Part shown: piece by piece, positions 35,371-45,938 of the stretch
Numbering within the stretch: position 1 is the stretch's first letter
How the letters are laid out: every line of letters starts with the position of its first letter
Origin: Methyloglobulus sp.
GTDB taxonomy: Bacteria > Pseudomonadota > Gammaproteobacteria > Methylococcales > Methylomonadaceae
Direction of reading: 5' to 3'
DNA: 64,000 nt
NCBI GenBank assembly: GCA_965247625.1
Contig: CBDFHL010000006.1
Span: 34,755-98,754 of the forward strand
Position numbers and translations under genes: made by a program
The notes under the pieces: model-generated
What the model saw: the letters and a program-made list of their open reading frames with translations, nothing else
Told to the model about the DNA's origin: nothing
Database searches by the model: none

Positions 35371-38262
35371 TTAAAACTCTTCCCATTCATCATTATTGTG
35401 TTTGCTCGGTTTTGATGGGCTCATCGCTAACTTTAGCGCCGGCTTGGGTGTTATGACCGAGAGATTGGTACGGCGCGGTTGCATCGGTGACCTGATATCG
35501 GAATCCATGCGGAACTGGGCAACCGTCTGCGCCAAGGTCTCCGCCTGCTCTTCCAGAGATTCAGCCGCGGCAGCGGCTTCTTCCACCAACGCGGCATTTT
35601 GTTGGGTCACTTCGTCCATTTGGTTAACCGCCTGGTTAACTTGTTCAATACCGGAGCTTTGCTCAGCGGAAGCGGAAGCAATATCCGCCATAATATCGGT
35701 GACTTGCCTTACCGAGTTTACAATGTCGTCCATAGTCCGGCCGGCTTCACCGACCAGTTTGCTGCCATCCTCAACTTTTTCCACCGAATCGCTGATTAAG
35801 GCTTTGATTTCTTTAGCTGCCTCTGCCGAGCGTTGCGCCAAATTACGGACTTCACTGGCGACCACCGCAAAGCCGCGGCCTTGTTCGCCGGCACGGGCCG
35901 CTTCCACCGCCGCATTAAGTGCGAGGATATTGGTTTGTAAGGCAATGCCGTCAATCACACTGATAATATCGACAATCTTTCTGGCGCTTTCATTAATGGA
36001 AACCATAGTATCAACAACTTGCTGCACCACGCTGCCGCCTTTGCTGGCAACCTCCGAAGCGGTTAATACCATTTGGTTCGCGTGTCGGGCATTATCGGCA
36101 TTCAGCTTAACTGTAGAGGCGAGTTGCTCCATACTGGAGGCGGTTTCTTCCAAACTTGCTGCCTGTTGTTCAGTACGGTGCGACAAGTCGGCATTCCCCG
36201 CAGAGATTTCTTTAGCCGCTGTACTGATCGAGTCGACAGCCGATTTAACGGTGATAATGGGCGTAACAATCGTTTCTAGGGTGGCATTAACGCCTTCGAC
36301 AATTTTGCGGAAGTCGCCCTCATGCTTGCTGGCATCGGCACGGGTCTGGATGCGCCCGTCCAGGGCCGCCTCTGACAGCAGTTTAGCGTCGTCAATCAGC
36401 GCATTCACCGCATCAATGCAGGTATTGAGGTTATTTTTGATGGTGTTGAAATCACCGCTGTAACGGTCAGTGATTTTAGGTGGGATGTCGCCATGGGCGA
36501 TCCGTTGGACATAACCGGCGGCGACGTTCAATGGGCCAACGACAGCATCAAGGGTAGCATTAATGCCAGCGATCATATCCTTAAACGAATAGCCGAACTT
36601 GCCGGCATTTGCTCGCGCGGACAATTGCCCGGATTGCGCTGAAATAGCGAGTACGGTAATTTCTGACTGGATGGATTCTAGGCTGGCTTTGACACCGTCT
36701 ACGGCCGCAGTAATTTGTCCTTTCTTGCCTGGAAGCCTATCCATATCAATAGAAAAATCGCCTTTACCGTATTGTTGGACAACTTCAACTACCCGGTTTT
36801 GCAAGGCAATATGTGATTTAACTAGGTCGTTGACGTTGCCTGCCATCACGCCAAATTCGCCTTTGAACCGTTCGGCGGCGATTTCAACATCAATATTGCC
36901 AAGATCATGCTCATTCTTGACATAAGCGCAAGAGTCGATAACACCTTTCATCGTCATAGCAAGATAATTGAGGCGCTTTTTTAATTCGGCAAAATCACCT
37001 TTGTATTCCGCATTTAACTTGCCGGACATATCGCCCTGTGAATAGTTTTTAATCTGATCTATGGTTTCTTGTATGGGGACGACGATGGCATCCAGGGTAA
37101 AATTAATGCCAGCAATGATTTTACGGAAATCACCCTGGTGGCGGTTGGCGTCGGCACGGATAGACAAGTTACCTTCCTGAGCCTGTGCAGCAAGTAAGTA
37201 AGCGTCTTCAATCAGGTTTTTAAGATTGGTGCGGACTTGCTCAATGGTTTCATTGATAAAGGCTTTTTTACCCGGCAATTGTTCTATCTGCATTTCGAAA
37301 TCGCCTTCTCCGAAGGCTTTGAACACACTGATGGCTTTTCTATTGCCGACAACATGGTCATTCACCATTCTATTTACACCTTCGGCCATCGTCCGATAAG
37401 CGCCATCAAACTTATTGGTGTCGATAACCACATCAATTTCGCCCCGTTCATGCTCGGCTGACATCTGATCCATTTCCGAGATGATATTTTTGAGCGTCCT
37501 CTGCATGAGTTGGGTTGCCTCGAGAATCTTGCTGATTTCATCCTTTCGGGTGTTTTCGATTTTAAAACCGATATCGCCGACAGACATGCGTTTTAGGTAG
37601 TTATATACCGTATCAATGGGTTTGGTGATTGCCTTGGTTAAATAAAAACCGGCGAACAGAGAACTTAACACGCCTAAGGCAATCAACGTCAAGGCGATGG
37701 TTCTGCCCTGGGCGTTATTGGCGCTGGCAGTATCGTACTCGATTTTGGCAACATCCACCTGCAGGCTGACCAGCTTGGACACTTGGTCTGAAATCGGGTC
37801 AATCACCGGGTACAGTTCATTGATAGTGAAGGCGGTGAGCGCTTCGGAATCTTGGCGCTGCATGATGCCTTTTAAGGTGGCGATTGATTGTTCCGCCTTG
37901 TGAAACAGGGGAATTGCGGCATCGACCAGTTTTTTTTCCTCGCCAGTGATGTAAGTGGAGGTGTATTTTTTCCAAGCTTGGCTAATGGTGCTCTCGGCCT
38001 GTTCAATATTCTGTAGGCCCTGCGTCCAGGTTAAATTTCCGTTACGGGTTTTATGGGCGGTATCCACAATGTTGACTGCATACATATCGGCCACAAACTT
38101 GAGGTCGCGTAAGGGCTCAACCCGGTCTATGTAAACCGTTTTAAGGCTGTCTACAGCTTGGCCGGTATTGCGTTGCCCTAAGTAACTAATTACACCCATT
38201 ATGGCAATTAGAAGGCCGATAACAGAGATCAGTCGATTCTTAATTGTGAGATCCTTAAACAT
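35371..38262 (-). CDS. Poly-HAMP methyl-accepting chemotaxis protein (963 aa)
   Basis: TM, periplasmic helical domain, TM, a canonical HAMP, then about nine further G[DNE]x..G[DE]F..[IV]N-type HAMP-like units, then the MCP signalling domain. C-terminal EWEEF. Confidence 0.92.
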   Translation of the reverse strand: MFKDLTIKNRLISVIGLLIAIMGVISYLGQRNTGQAVDSLKTVYIDRVEPLRDLKFVADMYAVNIVDTAHKTRNGNLTWTQGLQNIEQAESTISQAWKKYTSTYITGEEKKLVDAAIPLFHKAEQSIATLKGIMQRQDSEALTAFTINELYPVIDPISDQVSKLVSLQVDVAKIEYDTASANNAQGRTIALTLIALGVLSSLFAGFYLTKAITKPIDTVYNYLKRMSVGDIGFKIENTRKDEISKILEATQLMQRTLKNIISEMDQMSAEHERGEIDVVIDTNKFDGAYRTMAEGVNRMVNDHVVGNRKAISVFKAFGEGDFEMQIEQLPGKKAFINETIEQVRTNLKNLIEDAYLLAAQAQEGNLSIRADANRHQGDFRKIIAGINFTLDAIVVPIQETIDQIKNYSQGDMSGKLNAEYKGDFAELKKRLNYLAMTMKGVIDSCAYVKNEHDLGNIDVEIAAERFKGEFGVMAGNVNDLVKSHIALQNRVVEVVQQYGKGDFSIDMDRLPGKKGQITAAVDGVKASLESIQSEITVLAISAQSGQLSARANAGKFGYSFKDMIAGINATLDAVVGPLNVAAGYVQRIAHGDIPPKITDRYSGDFNTIKNNLNTCIDAVNALIDDAKLLSEAALDGRIQTRADASKHEGDFRKIVEGVNATLETIVTPIITVKSAVDSISTAAKEISAGNADLSHRTEQQAASLEETASSMEQLASTVKLNADNARHANQMVLTASEVASKGGSVVQQVVDTMVSINESARKIVDIISVIDGIALQTNILALNAAVEAARAGEQGRGFAVVASEVRNLAQRSAEAAKEIKALISDSVEKVEDGSKLVGEAGRTMDDIVNSVRQVTDIMADIASASAEQSSGIEQVNQAVNQMDEVTQQNAALVEEAAAAAESLEEQAETLAQTVAQFRMDSDIRSPMQPRRTNLSVITPKPALKLAMSPSKPSKHNNDEWEEF

Positions 38263-38283
38263 ATGTGTACCACTTAATTTTTA

Positions 38284-41199
38284 TTAAAATTCTTCCCACT
38301 CATTGTCATCTTGTTTTTGGGGTTTTCCCGAAATTGCCGCCATCTTGATCGCCCGTTTTGGCGATACTACCGATAAATTGGTACGGCGCGGTTGCATCGG
38401 TGACCTGATATCGGAATCCATGCGGAACTGGGCAACCGTCTGCGCCAAGGTCTCCGCCTGCTCTTCCAGAGATTCAGCCGCGGCAGCGGCTTCTTCCACC
38501 AACGCGGCATTTTGTTGGGTCACTTCGTCCATTTGGTTAACCGCCTGGTTAACTTGTTCAATACCGGAGCTTTGCTCAGCGGAAGCGGAAGCAATATCCG
38601 CCATAATATCGGTGACTTGCCTTACCGAGTTTACAATGTCGTCCATAGTCCGGCCGGCTTCACCGACCAGTTTGCTGCCATCCTCAACTTTTTCCACCGA
38701 ATCGCTGATTAAGGCTTTGATTTCTTTAGCTGCCTCTGCCGAGCGTTGCGCCAAATTACGGACTTCACTGGCGACCACCGCAAAGCCGCGGCCTTGTTCA
38801 CCGGCACGGGCCGCTTCCACCGCCGCATTAAGTGCGAGGATATTGGTTTGCAAGGCAATGCCGTCAATCACACTGATAATATCGACAATCTTGCGGGCGC
38901 TTTCATTAATGGAAACCATAGTATCAACCACTTGCTGCACCACGCTGCCGCCTTTGCTGGCAACCTCCGAAGCAGTTAATACCATCTGGTTGGCGTGCCG
39001 GGCATTATCGGCATTTTGTTTAACGGTAGACGCTAATTGCTCCATACTGGAGGCGGTTTCTTCCAAACTTGCTGCCTGTTGTTCAGTACGGTGCGACAAG
39101 TCGGCATTACCCGCAGAGATTTCTTTAGCCGCTGTACTGATCGAGTCGACAGCCGATTTAATGGTGATAATGGGCGTAACAATCGTTTCTAGGGTGGCAT
39201 TAACGCCTTCGACAATTTTGCGGAAGTCGCCCTCATGCTTGCTGGCATCGGCACGGGTCTGGATGCGCCCGTCCAAGGCGGCTTCTGATAGCATGGAAAT
39301 GTCTGCTATTACGCCTTTTAAGTTGCCACGAACCTGTTCTATGGTGTCATTTATGACGGCTTTTTTACCCGGGAACTTCTCCAAGTGTGCATCGAAATTG
39401 CCTTTACCGAATTCTTTGACGCAGGCTATGGTTTTTTGGTTGAGTTCAATATGAGACTTGAGCAACAGATTGACGTTGTTTGCCATTAAACCGAAATCGC
39501 CTTTAAAACGATCGGCGGCAATATCAATGTCGGTATTGCCCTGGTCATGTTCGCTTTTAACATAGGCACAGGAATCGATGACACCTCTCATGGTCATCGC
39601 AAGATAATTCAGCCGCTTTTTCAGATCTGCAAAATCACCTTTGTATTCAACGGTTAACTGGCCCGACATATCACCGCGGGAATAATTCTTAATCTGCTCG
39701 ATGGTTTCTTGAATCGGTAGCACGATAGCATCAAGAGTGAAGTTGATGCCTGAGATAATTTTACGAAAATCGCCCTGATGGCGGTCAGCGTTAGCTCGCA
39801 CCGATAAGTTGCCTTCCTGGGCTTGCGCAGCGAGCAAGTAAGCGTCTTCAATCAGGTTTTTAAGATTAGTGCGGACTTGTTCAATCGTCTCGTTGATAAA
39901 CGCTTTCTTACCGGGCAATTGCGCGAACGGCTCTTCAAAATTGCCTTCACCGAACGCCTTGATGCAAGCCATTGCGCTCTTTTTAACAGCGATATGGTCG
40001 CCGACCATATTATTGACGCCTTGGGCCATTACCTTGTAAGCACCTTGGAATTTGCCAGTATCAATAGTTACGTCTATATCGCCTCTTTCGTGGGCAATCG
40101 CCATCAAATTTATTTCATCAATGAAGGTTTTTAAAGTATCAATGGTGCTGTTCAGATTGTGCTTGATAGTGCCAATGGTATTTAAATCACCGCTGTAGTC
40201 GGTAAACTGCGGCGGCATCTCGCCTTGGGAAATCATCTCGATGTAAGTGGCGGTCAAAGTCAACGGCCCAACGACAGCATCCAGGGTGTTGTTCACCCCC
40301 TCCAAAAGCTCCCCGTATGCGCCCTGGTGATTCTTGGTATCCACCCGGTTGGACAAATCGCCGGACATCACTGTTTTGGTAAGGACATGGCTATCGTCAA
40401 TCAAGTTGGCTAACGCCTGTTTCATTCTGTGCATGGCGGCCATGACGCTGGTGTTGTCGCCAGCTTTAGTCGGTGTGGCAACGTTGATATCGCCTACGCT
40501 GATTCTGGATGCAATATTATGAATAACAGCCGGGTCACCGCCTAATTGTTGGAAGACGCTGCGGGCAATGAGCAGTGAAAAGCCAACTAGAGCCAATATG
40601 CCAAGCACGCCAGTGGTGAAGAGGATTTGGTAAGCGATTTGGTTGGTTGCTTCAGCGCGCGTTTGGATATCTTTGATTTTACTTGTCAGAATATCGCCCA
40701 ATTTTTCTAGGGAGACTTCAAGCGTTTTAAACTGCGCGTCAAAACCAGGCAATTGTTGGTCTGCCGCAATCCGGTCTTGGAAACTGAGCCTGATTAAACT
40801 GTCAGCAGCCTGCAAATAGTTGTTAACATCCCGCTGAACCTGAGTGAGATGATTTTTTTCATCGGTGTTAAGCGGGCTGCTTTCTAAGCCGGACATTTGT
40901 TCCTGGAACGTTTTTTGGTGTTCCTGGAAAGCACTCAACCTCTCGTCATTGGCTTTTGGGTCGTTTATCCCTTTGCTCGCCGCATACAAGGCTCCCATAC
41001 CATCGCCATAGACGCCATCATGCATCATGTCCGCCATATTACCTTTGCGGAGCAGGGAAGCTGCTTCGGTTTGTTCCTTAACGGCCAAGTCGAGCTTGTG
41101 AATACCCATGTAACCAGCGCAGGTGAGCAACAGCATCATGACTACGCCGGAGCCAATTAAAATGTTAATTTTTCCGCGGAAAGTTATTTTATCTAACAC
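38284..41199 (-). CDS. Poly-HAMP methyl-accepting chemotaxis protein (971 aa)
   Basis: Same architecture as the 963-aa MCP. GTG start with an AGGA SD sequence. The 3' ~0.9 kb is nearly identical to the 963-aa paralogue. C-terminal EWEEF. Confidence 0.92.
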   Translation of the reverse strand: MLDKITFRGKINILIGSGVVMMLLLTCAGYMGIHKLDLAVKEQTEAASLLRKGNMADMMHDGVYGDGMGALYAASKGINDPKANDERLSAFQEHQKTFQEQMSGLESSPLNTDEKNHLTQVQRDVNNYLQAADSLIRLSFQDRIAADQQLPGFDAQFKTLEVSLEKLGDILTSKIKDIQTRAEATNQIAYQILFTTGVLGILALVGFSLLIARSVFQQLGGDPAVIHNIASRISVGDINVATPTKAGDNTSVMAAMHRMKQALANLIDDSHVLTKTVMSGDLSNRVDTKNHQGAYGELLEGVNNTLDAVVGPLTLTATYIEMISQGEMPPQFTDYSGDLNTIGTIKHNLNSTIDTLKTFIDEINLMAIAHERGDIDVTIDTGKFQGAYKVMAQGVNNMVGDHIAVKKSAMACIKAFGEGNFEEPFAQLPGKKAFINETIEQVRTNLKNLIEDAYLLAAQAQEGNLSVRANADRHQGDFRKIISGINFTLDAIVLPIQETIEQIKNYSRGDMSGQLTVEYKGDFADLKKRLNYLAMTMRGVIDSCAYVKSEHDQGNTDIDIAADRFKGDFGLMANNVNLLLKSHIELNQKTIACVKEFGKGNFDAHLEKFPGKKAVINDTIEQVRGNLKGVIADISMLSEAALDGRIQTRADASKHEGDFRKIVEGVNATLETIVTPIITIKSAVDSISTAAKEISAGNADLSHRTEQQAASLEETASSMEQLASTVKQNADNARHANQMVLTASEVASKGGSVVQQVVDTMVSINESARKIVDIISVIDGIALQTNILALNAAVEAARAGEQGRGFAVVASEVRNLAQRSAEAAKEIKALISDSVEKVEDGSKLVGEAGRTMDDIVNSVRQVTDIMADIASASAEQSSGIEQVNQAVNQMDEVTQQNAALVEEAAAAAESLEEQAETLAQTVAQFRMDSDIRSPMQPRRTNLSVVSPKRAIKMAAISGKPQKQDDNEWEEF

Positions 41200-41322
41200 A
41201 ATTAGTTCCTAATAATGCATTTTTTGGTTAACTTAAAAGTAGTTCAATTCAATGATCTCGCTAAAAATAAATTAGCGATACGGCTTGATTTAAATAGAAA
41301 AATTGGCAATATTTAAATTGAT

Positions 41323-43512
41323 TTAAAACTCCAGCCACTCATCATCGCTTGGGTTGCTGGGTTTAGCAGAAGCCGGGCGAGACACCGGTTTATAGGTTTC
41401 TAGTGGCATTTGTGCGGCGCGAGGCTTAAGGGGCGAACGGATATCGGATTCGAGACGGAATTGGGACACGGTTTGTGCCAGGGTATCGGCTTGTTCTTCC
41501 AGGGATTCAGCAGCGGCAGCAGCTTCTTCCACTAATGCCGCATTTTGTTGGGTCACTTCGTCCATTTGGGTGACCGCATGGTTAACCTGGTCAATGCCGG
41601 AACTTTGCTCAGCCGATGCCGCAGAAATGTCGGCCATGATGTCGGCAACACGTTTGACTGAGGCGACAATCTCGTTCATGGTCTTGCCTGCTTCGCTAAC
41701 TAACTTGCTGCCATCCTCGACTTTCTCAACCGAATCCCCAATAAGCCCTTTTATTTCTTTGGCAGCTGCTGCCGAACGTTGCGCCAGGTTGCGTACTTCG
41801 CTCGCTACCACAGCAAAACCACGGCCTTGTTCACCGGCACGGGCCGCTTCCACCGCCGCATTAAGCGCGAGGATATTGGTTTGTAAGGCAATGCCGTCAA
41901 TCACACTGATAATATCGACAATCTTGCGGGCGCTTTCGTTAATGGAAACCATCGTTTCAACCACTTGCTGTACCACGTTGCCACCTTTGCTGGCGACATC
42001 CGATGCAGTTAAAGCCATCTGGTTAGCTTGCTTGGCATTGTCGGCATTTTGTTTAACGGTAGATGCCAATTCTTCCATACTGGAGGCGGTTTCTTCCAGG
42101 CTGGCGGCTTGTTGTTCAGTACGGTGCGACAAGTCGGCATTGCCCGCAGAGATTTCTTTAGCCGCTGTGCTTATAGAGTCGACCGCGGATTTAACGGTAA
42201 TAATGGGTGTAACAATCGTTTCTAGGGTGGCATTAACGCCTTCGACAATCTTGCGGAAATCGCCATGATGTTTGGCCGCGTCGGCGCGGGTCTGGATACG
42301 CCCGTCTAGGGCGGCTTCAGAAAGTATAGAAATATCGGTGATCACTGCTTTTAAATTGCCGCGTACCTGCTCAATGGTATCGTTGATAAACGCTTTTTTG
42401 CCCGGAAATTTTTCCAACGGGGCATCAAAATTGCCGTCGCCAAACTCTTTGACGCAGGCCATGGCTTTTCGGTACATCACGATATGTCCAGTAACCATGT
42501 TATTGACGCCTTGCGCCATGGTTTTATAGGCACCCAGAAACATGTTGGTGTCGATATCTAAGTCGATATCGCCTTTTTCATGTTCGGAAGATACATAGTT
42601 AACGCTTTCGATAAAGCCCTTGAGGTTGCCCCGCAAGCGTTCGATAGTTTTGTTAAGAAAGGCTTTTTTGCCAGGGAACTGCTCCAAAGGTGCATCGAAG
42701 TTTCCTTTAGAAAATTCTTCAACGCACGCCATCGCCTTTTTCTTGGTTGCAATATGGTCGCCGACCATTGTATTGACGCCTTCGGCCATGCTTTTGAAGC
42801 CGCCCTGGAATTTGCTGGCATCAATGACGATATCGATATCGCCTTTGTCATGTTCATCCGACATCCGGTTCATCTCGGCGATAAAATTTTTGAGGTTGCC
42901 GCGCATTTGTTCAACAATAGTGTTGATGAACGCTTTTTTGCCTGGAAATTGCTCCAGTGGCGCATCGAAATTGCCTTCACCGATGGCTTTCACGCAGGCC
43001 AAGGCTTTTTTCTTGGTAGCAATGTGGTCGCCAACCATTTTGTTAATGCCTTCAGCCATGGTTTTGTAAATGCCTTGAAACCTGCTGGTGTCAATCACGA
43101 CATCAATATCGCCCTTGTCGTGTTCGGAAGCCATACGGTGCATCCCTTCGACCAATCCGTTCATCGAATCAACCATGGCGTTGATATTGTTTTTCAGGTC
43201 ACCGAAGTCACCCTTGAATTCTTGGGTGATTTTCTCCGGGATATCACCTTGGGAAATCCGTTCCAGGTAACTGTTGGTCAATTCCAGGCAGACTTTAAGT
43301 TCGAGGTTGGTATCGGTTTCACGCCGCCCTTCTGAAATGCGCCGCTCTTGGGTTACCAGGTTATTTTTTAATGCCCGCATAAGCGGGGCAATCACATCGT
43401 TGCCCGAAGTGTCGATCGACACCGATAAATCGCCAGCTGACAATTTTTCGATGATGCTTACCGCTTCATCGACGCGGGTTTGGACTGCATTTTTGTTGTT
43501 AAAAAAAACCAT
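41323..43512 (-). CDS. Soluble (no TM) poly-HAMP methyl-accepting chemotaxis protein
   Basis: No hydrophobic segment. It has repeated ..[42 protein letters not shown]...[18 protein letters not shown] units plus the MCP signalling domain. C-terminal EWLEF. The track start 43548 is TTG; ATG at 43512 has an AAGAGG SD sequence. Confidence 0.9.
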   Translation of the reverse strand: MVFFNNKNAVQTRVDEAVSIIEKLSAGDLSVSIDTSGNDVIAPLMRALKNNLVTQERRISEGRRETDTNLELKVCLELTNSYLERISQGDIPEKITQEFKGDFGDLKNNINAMVDSMNGLVEGMHRMASEHDKGDIDVVIDTSRFQGIYKTMAEGINKMVGDHIATKKKALACVKAIGEGNFDAPLEQFPGKKAFINTIVEQMRGNLKNFIAEMNRMSDEHDKGDIDIVIDASKFQGGFKSMAEGVNTMVGDHIATKKKAMACVEEFSKGNFDAPLEQFPGKKAFLNKTIERLRGNLKGFIESVNYVSSEHEKGDIDLDIDTNMFLGAYKTMAQGVNNMVTGHIVMYRKAMACVKEFGDGNFDAPLEKFPGKKAFINDTIEQVRGNLKAVITDISILSEAALDGRIQTRADAAKHHGDFRKIVEGVNATLETIVTPIITVKSAVDSISTAAKEISAGNADLSHRTEQQAASLEETASSMEELASTVKQNADNAKQANQMALTASDVASKGGNVVQQVVETMVSINESARKIVDIISVIDGIALQTNILALNAAVEAARAGEQGRGFAVVASEVRNLAQRSAAAAKEIKGLIGDSVEKVEDGSKLVSEAGKTMNEIVASVKRVADIMADISAASAEQSSGIDQVNHAVTQMDEVTQQNAALVEEAAAAAESLEEQADTLAQTVSQFRLESDIRSPLKPRAAQMPLETYKPVSRPASAKPSNPSDDEWLEF

Positions 43513-43548
43513 ATAAAAGCCTCTTAATTGTGCTTGAACTACCTGCAA

Positions 43549-44025
43549 TCAGGCGGCAACTTTAGCGATAAGTGACATGTCGCTGGCTGACATTAAACGC
43601 TCAATATCAACCAGGATGATCATGCGCTCGTCTACCGTTGCCATACCGCGCAAGTATTCCGTGTCTAGGCAGGCGCCAAATTCGGGCGCAGCGTGGATTT
43701 GTTCGGGGGATAGGTCAACGACGTCCGAAACGCCGTCGACAACCATACCAATCACCCGCCCACAAACATTTAGGATAATAACAACCGTGAATTGGTTGTA
43801 ATCTACGGCATCGAGATGGAATTTGATGCGCATGTCCACGATGGGAACAATAACGCCACGTAAATTGATGACACCTTTGATAAAATCTGGGGTATTGGCA
43901 ATTTTAGTGACGGGTTCGTAAGCGCGTATTTCTTGAACTGTGAGAATATCTATACCATAGACTTCGTCGCCTAGCATGAACGCCAGGTATTCTGAATTCG
44001 AGCTAGATTCGTGATTACTTTGCAT
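43549..44025 (-). CDS. cheW: Chemotaxis coupling protein CheW
   Basis: [23 protein letters not shown].. and ..[16 protein letters not shown]. 158 aa. Confidence 0.95.
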   Translation of the reverse strand: MQSNHESSSNSEYLAFMLGDEVYGIDILTVQEIRAYEPVTKIANTPDFIKGVINLRGVIVPIVDMRIKFHLDAVDYNQFTVVIILNVCGRVIGMVVDGVSDVVDLSPEQIHAAPEFGACLDTEYLRGMATVDERMIILVDIERLMSASDMSLIAKVAA

Positions 44026-44093
44026 GCAACACCATGATTTTAATGTTAACTCTCTCTTGTTTTGTTTTTGATTTCCGAACCAAAAATATTCAG

Positions 44094-44120
44094 CTATCGC
44101 TAAACTAGCGGTAAACTTTA
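44094..44120 (-). promoter_or_regulatory. Sigma-28 (FliA)-type promoter upstream of cheW
   Basis: The - strand reads TAAAGTTT-N11-AGCGATAG, against the consensus TAAAGTTT-N11-GCCGATAA. The -10 box lies ~70 nt upstream of the cheW ATG. Confidence 0.6.
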
Positions 44121-44402
44121 ACTCTATTAAGTCTAGTGTATTTCTTGGTTTTAATGGCTATGCCTATCTTTGTTTTGGGATCTATTTCAAAGTTTTTGGC
44201 GAGATTCGCCAGACATCAATACTGCCTTGCGCGCTAATTGAACTGGTTTTGATAAAAAGCATAGTTAAGCTGTTGTATAAGTCAACTTAACCTAGTGAAT
44301 ATGAAGAGTGTCTTGGCAGGATAGGTCGCGCAACGCTAATGTTGTGGATAATTTAATGAGGCGCGATATAGTTGTTTAGAAAGGGTATGCGGTTGTGAAC
44401 CC

Positions 44403-44789
44403 TTAAAGCATACTGCTAATTTTTTTGATTAAATCGGCAGGTTTAAAGGGTTTGATCATATAGGCCGTTATACCTGCCATTATGGCTTCTTTCACTTTGC
44501 TGCCTTCAGATGAGGAGGTAAGCATGATGAAGGGGGTGCCCGCCAGTTTGGGGTCTTCTTGCACGGCTTTAAAAAACTCCAGGCCACTCATTACTGGCAT
44601 GTTCCAGTCGCAGATGATGAGGTTAACTTTAACTTTCCGCATCAGTTTTAGCGCTTCTTGCCCATCTGGGGCATCAAAAACGTGGGCAAAACCAGCTTCG
44701 CGCAATATCGCTTTAGTTAGGCTACGCATGGATAAGACATCATCGACAATTAGGATTTTATTGAGTAGTAATTCGTTATTTATATCCAT
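44403..44789 (-). CDS. cheY: Chemotaxis response regulator CheY
   Basis: ILIVDDVLSMR, LIICDWNMPVMSG, MIKPF. AGGAA SD sequence. Confidence 0.93.
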   Translation of the reverse strand: MDINNELLLNKILIVDDVLSMRSLTKAILREAGFAHVFDAPDGQEALKLMRKVKVNLIICDWNMPVMSGLEFFKAVQEDPKLAGTPFIMLTSSSEGSKVKEAIMAGITAYMIKPFKPADLIKKISSML

Positions 44790-45119
44790 TGTTGTTCCTG
44801 TTACGCTGCCCTTAAATAGCCGCCGATTTTATATGAATGCGATGAGACCGACAAATGCGTCATGTGATCAGTTAAAGCAATAAGATAGTCGAAATTTTTA
44901 TAAATGTGGTTAATAATTTCGTCGAAGCTGGCCGCACAAATAAGACTATTTATAACACTTTATAAGCATTCCAAGCGTGCATGGTTAACACTTTTACTTA
45001 TTTGCTTATTAACTCCGCTAATTTAGTATAGGTTAATCTTCTAAAAGTCCCATGTTAAAACGTTACGGTTTGTTCATATTATCAAAAAATATAGTAGTGG
45101 TTACCTAAGGCTTCAGCGG

Positions 45120-45911
45120 ATGGGTAAAGATAAACAACAGCGGTTAACCCAATACTTTCGCATTCCACCTGCCATCTTGGCGTTATTTCTGCAAGGTGGA
45201 GCGATTGTGTGCATATTATTACTCGTCCGGTTTTTTCATGTAAACCTGCCTTTAATTGGCTTAGCTTGCGGCTGTGGTTTGCTTGCTGCCGGATTAAGCT
45301 ATTGGGCTAATTTGGCAAAATGGTGGCTACCTATTCAAGTTTTATTTTTGCCTGCATTGGTCATGACACTGGCACTAAAAATCCAACCTTACTTCTTCCT
45401 TACCGCATTTTTTATTTTGCTGCTGGTGTTTTGGAATACTTTTAAAACGCAAGTGCCGCTCTATTTATCCAGTGAGAAGGTATGGCAAGCCCTAGAGGAT
45501 TTAGTGCCACCCCCTAAGCAAGATAAAGGCTTCACGTTTATCGATATTGGGTCAGGTTTGGGCGGCGTGTTAGCGCATCTTGCCCGTATCCGTCCAGACG
45601 GCAATTACAATGGGATAGAATCAGCCCCGCTGCCTTTTTTCTGGAGTTGGTTGCGGTTCCGTTTGGGTGGCTATCGGCAATGCCGGGTGCAATGGGGTGA
45701 CTTTTGGGATTGCGAACTTTATGCCTATGATGTCGTGTTCGCCTATCTTTCGCCAGCACCAATGGAACGGCTATGGCAAAAAGCTAAAGCCGAAATGAAG
45801 CCTGGATCATTTTTTATAAGCAGTACCTTTAACGTGCCTGGGCAAACGCCTGTTAAGGCCGTCAAAATAAATGATATGCACCAATCCACGTTGTTGATAT
45901 GGGAAATGTAA
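45120..45911 (+). CDS. Membrane-anchored class I SAM-dependent methyltransferase
   Basis: N-terminal hydrophobic region (~4 TM helices), then motif I FIDIGSGLGGVLAHLA. I cannot infer a substrate. Confidence 0.65.
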   Translation: MGKDKQQRLTQYFRIPPAILALFLQGGAIVCILLLVRFFHVNLPLIGLACGCGLLAAGLSYWANLAKWWLPIQVLFLPALVMTLALKIQPYFFLTAFFILLLVFWNTFKTQVPLYLSSEKVWQALEDLVPPPKQDKGFTFIDIGSGLGGVLAHLARIRPDGNYNGIESAPLPFFWSWLRFRLGGYRQCRVQWGDFWDCELYAYDVVFAYLSPAPMERLWQKAKAEMKPGSFFISSTFNVPGQTPVKAVKINDMHQSTLLIWEM

Positions 45912-45938
45912 ATCGGTTATTCCGCATTTAAATAATCA

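Noticed and set aside
35396-36463. Long + strand ORFs (355 aa here; also 38303-39454 at 383 aa, 41570-42268 at 232 aa, 1181-1675, 32924-33298, and others) rich in Ser/Ala/Thr/Cys.
   Set aside because: They lie exactly antisense to the Ala/Glu/Gln-rich MCP signalling domains, whose codon bias keeps the opposite strand open. The - strand (or + strand for the 1010-aa MCP) products carry unmistakable MCP motifs. The antisense products have no recognisable features.
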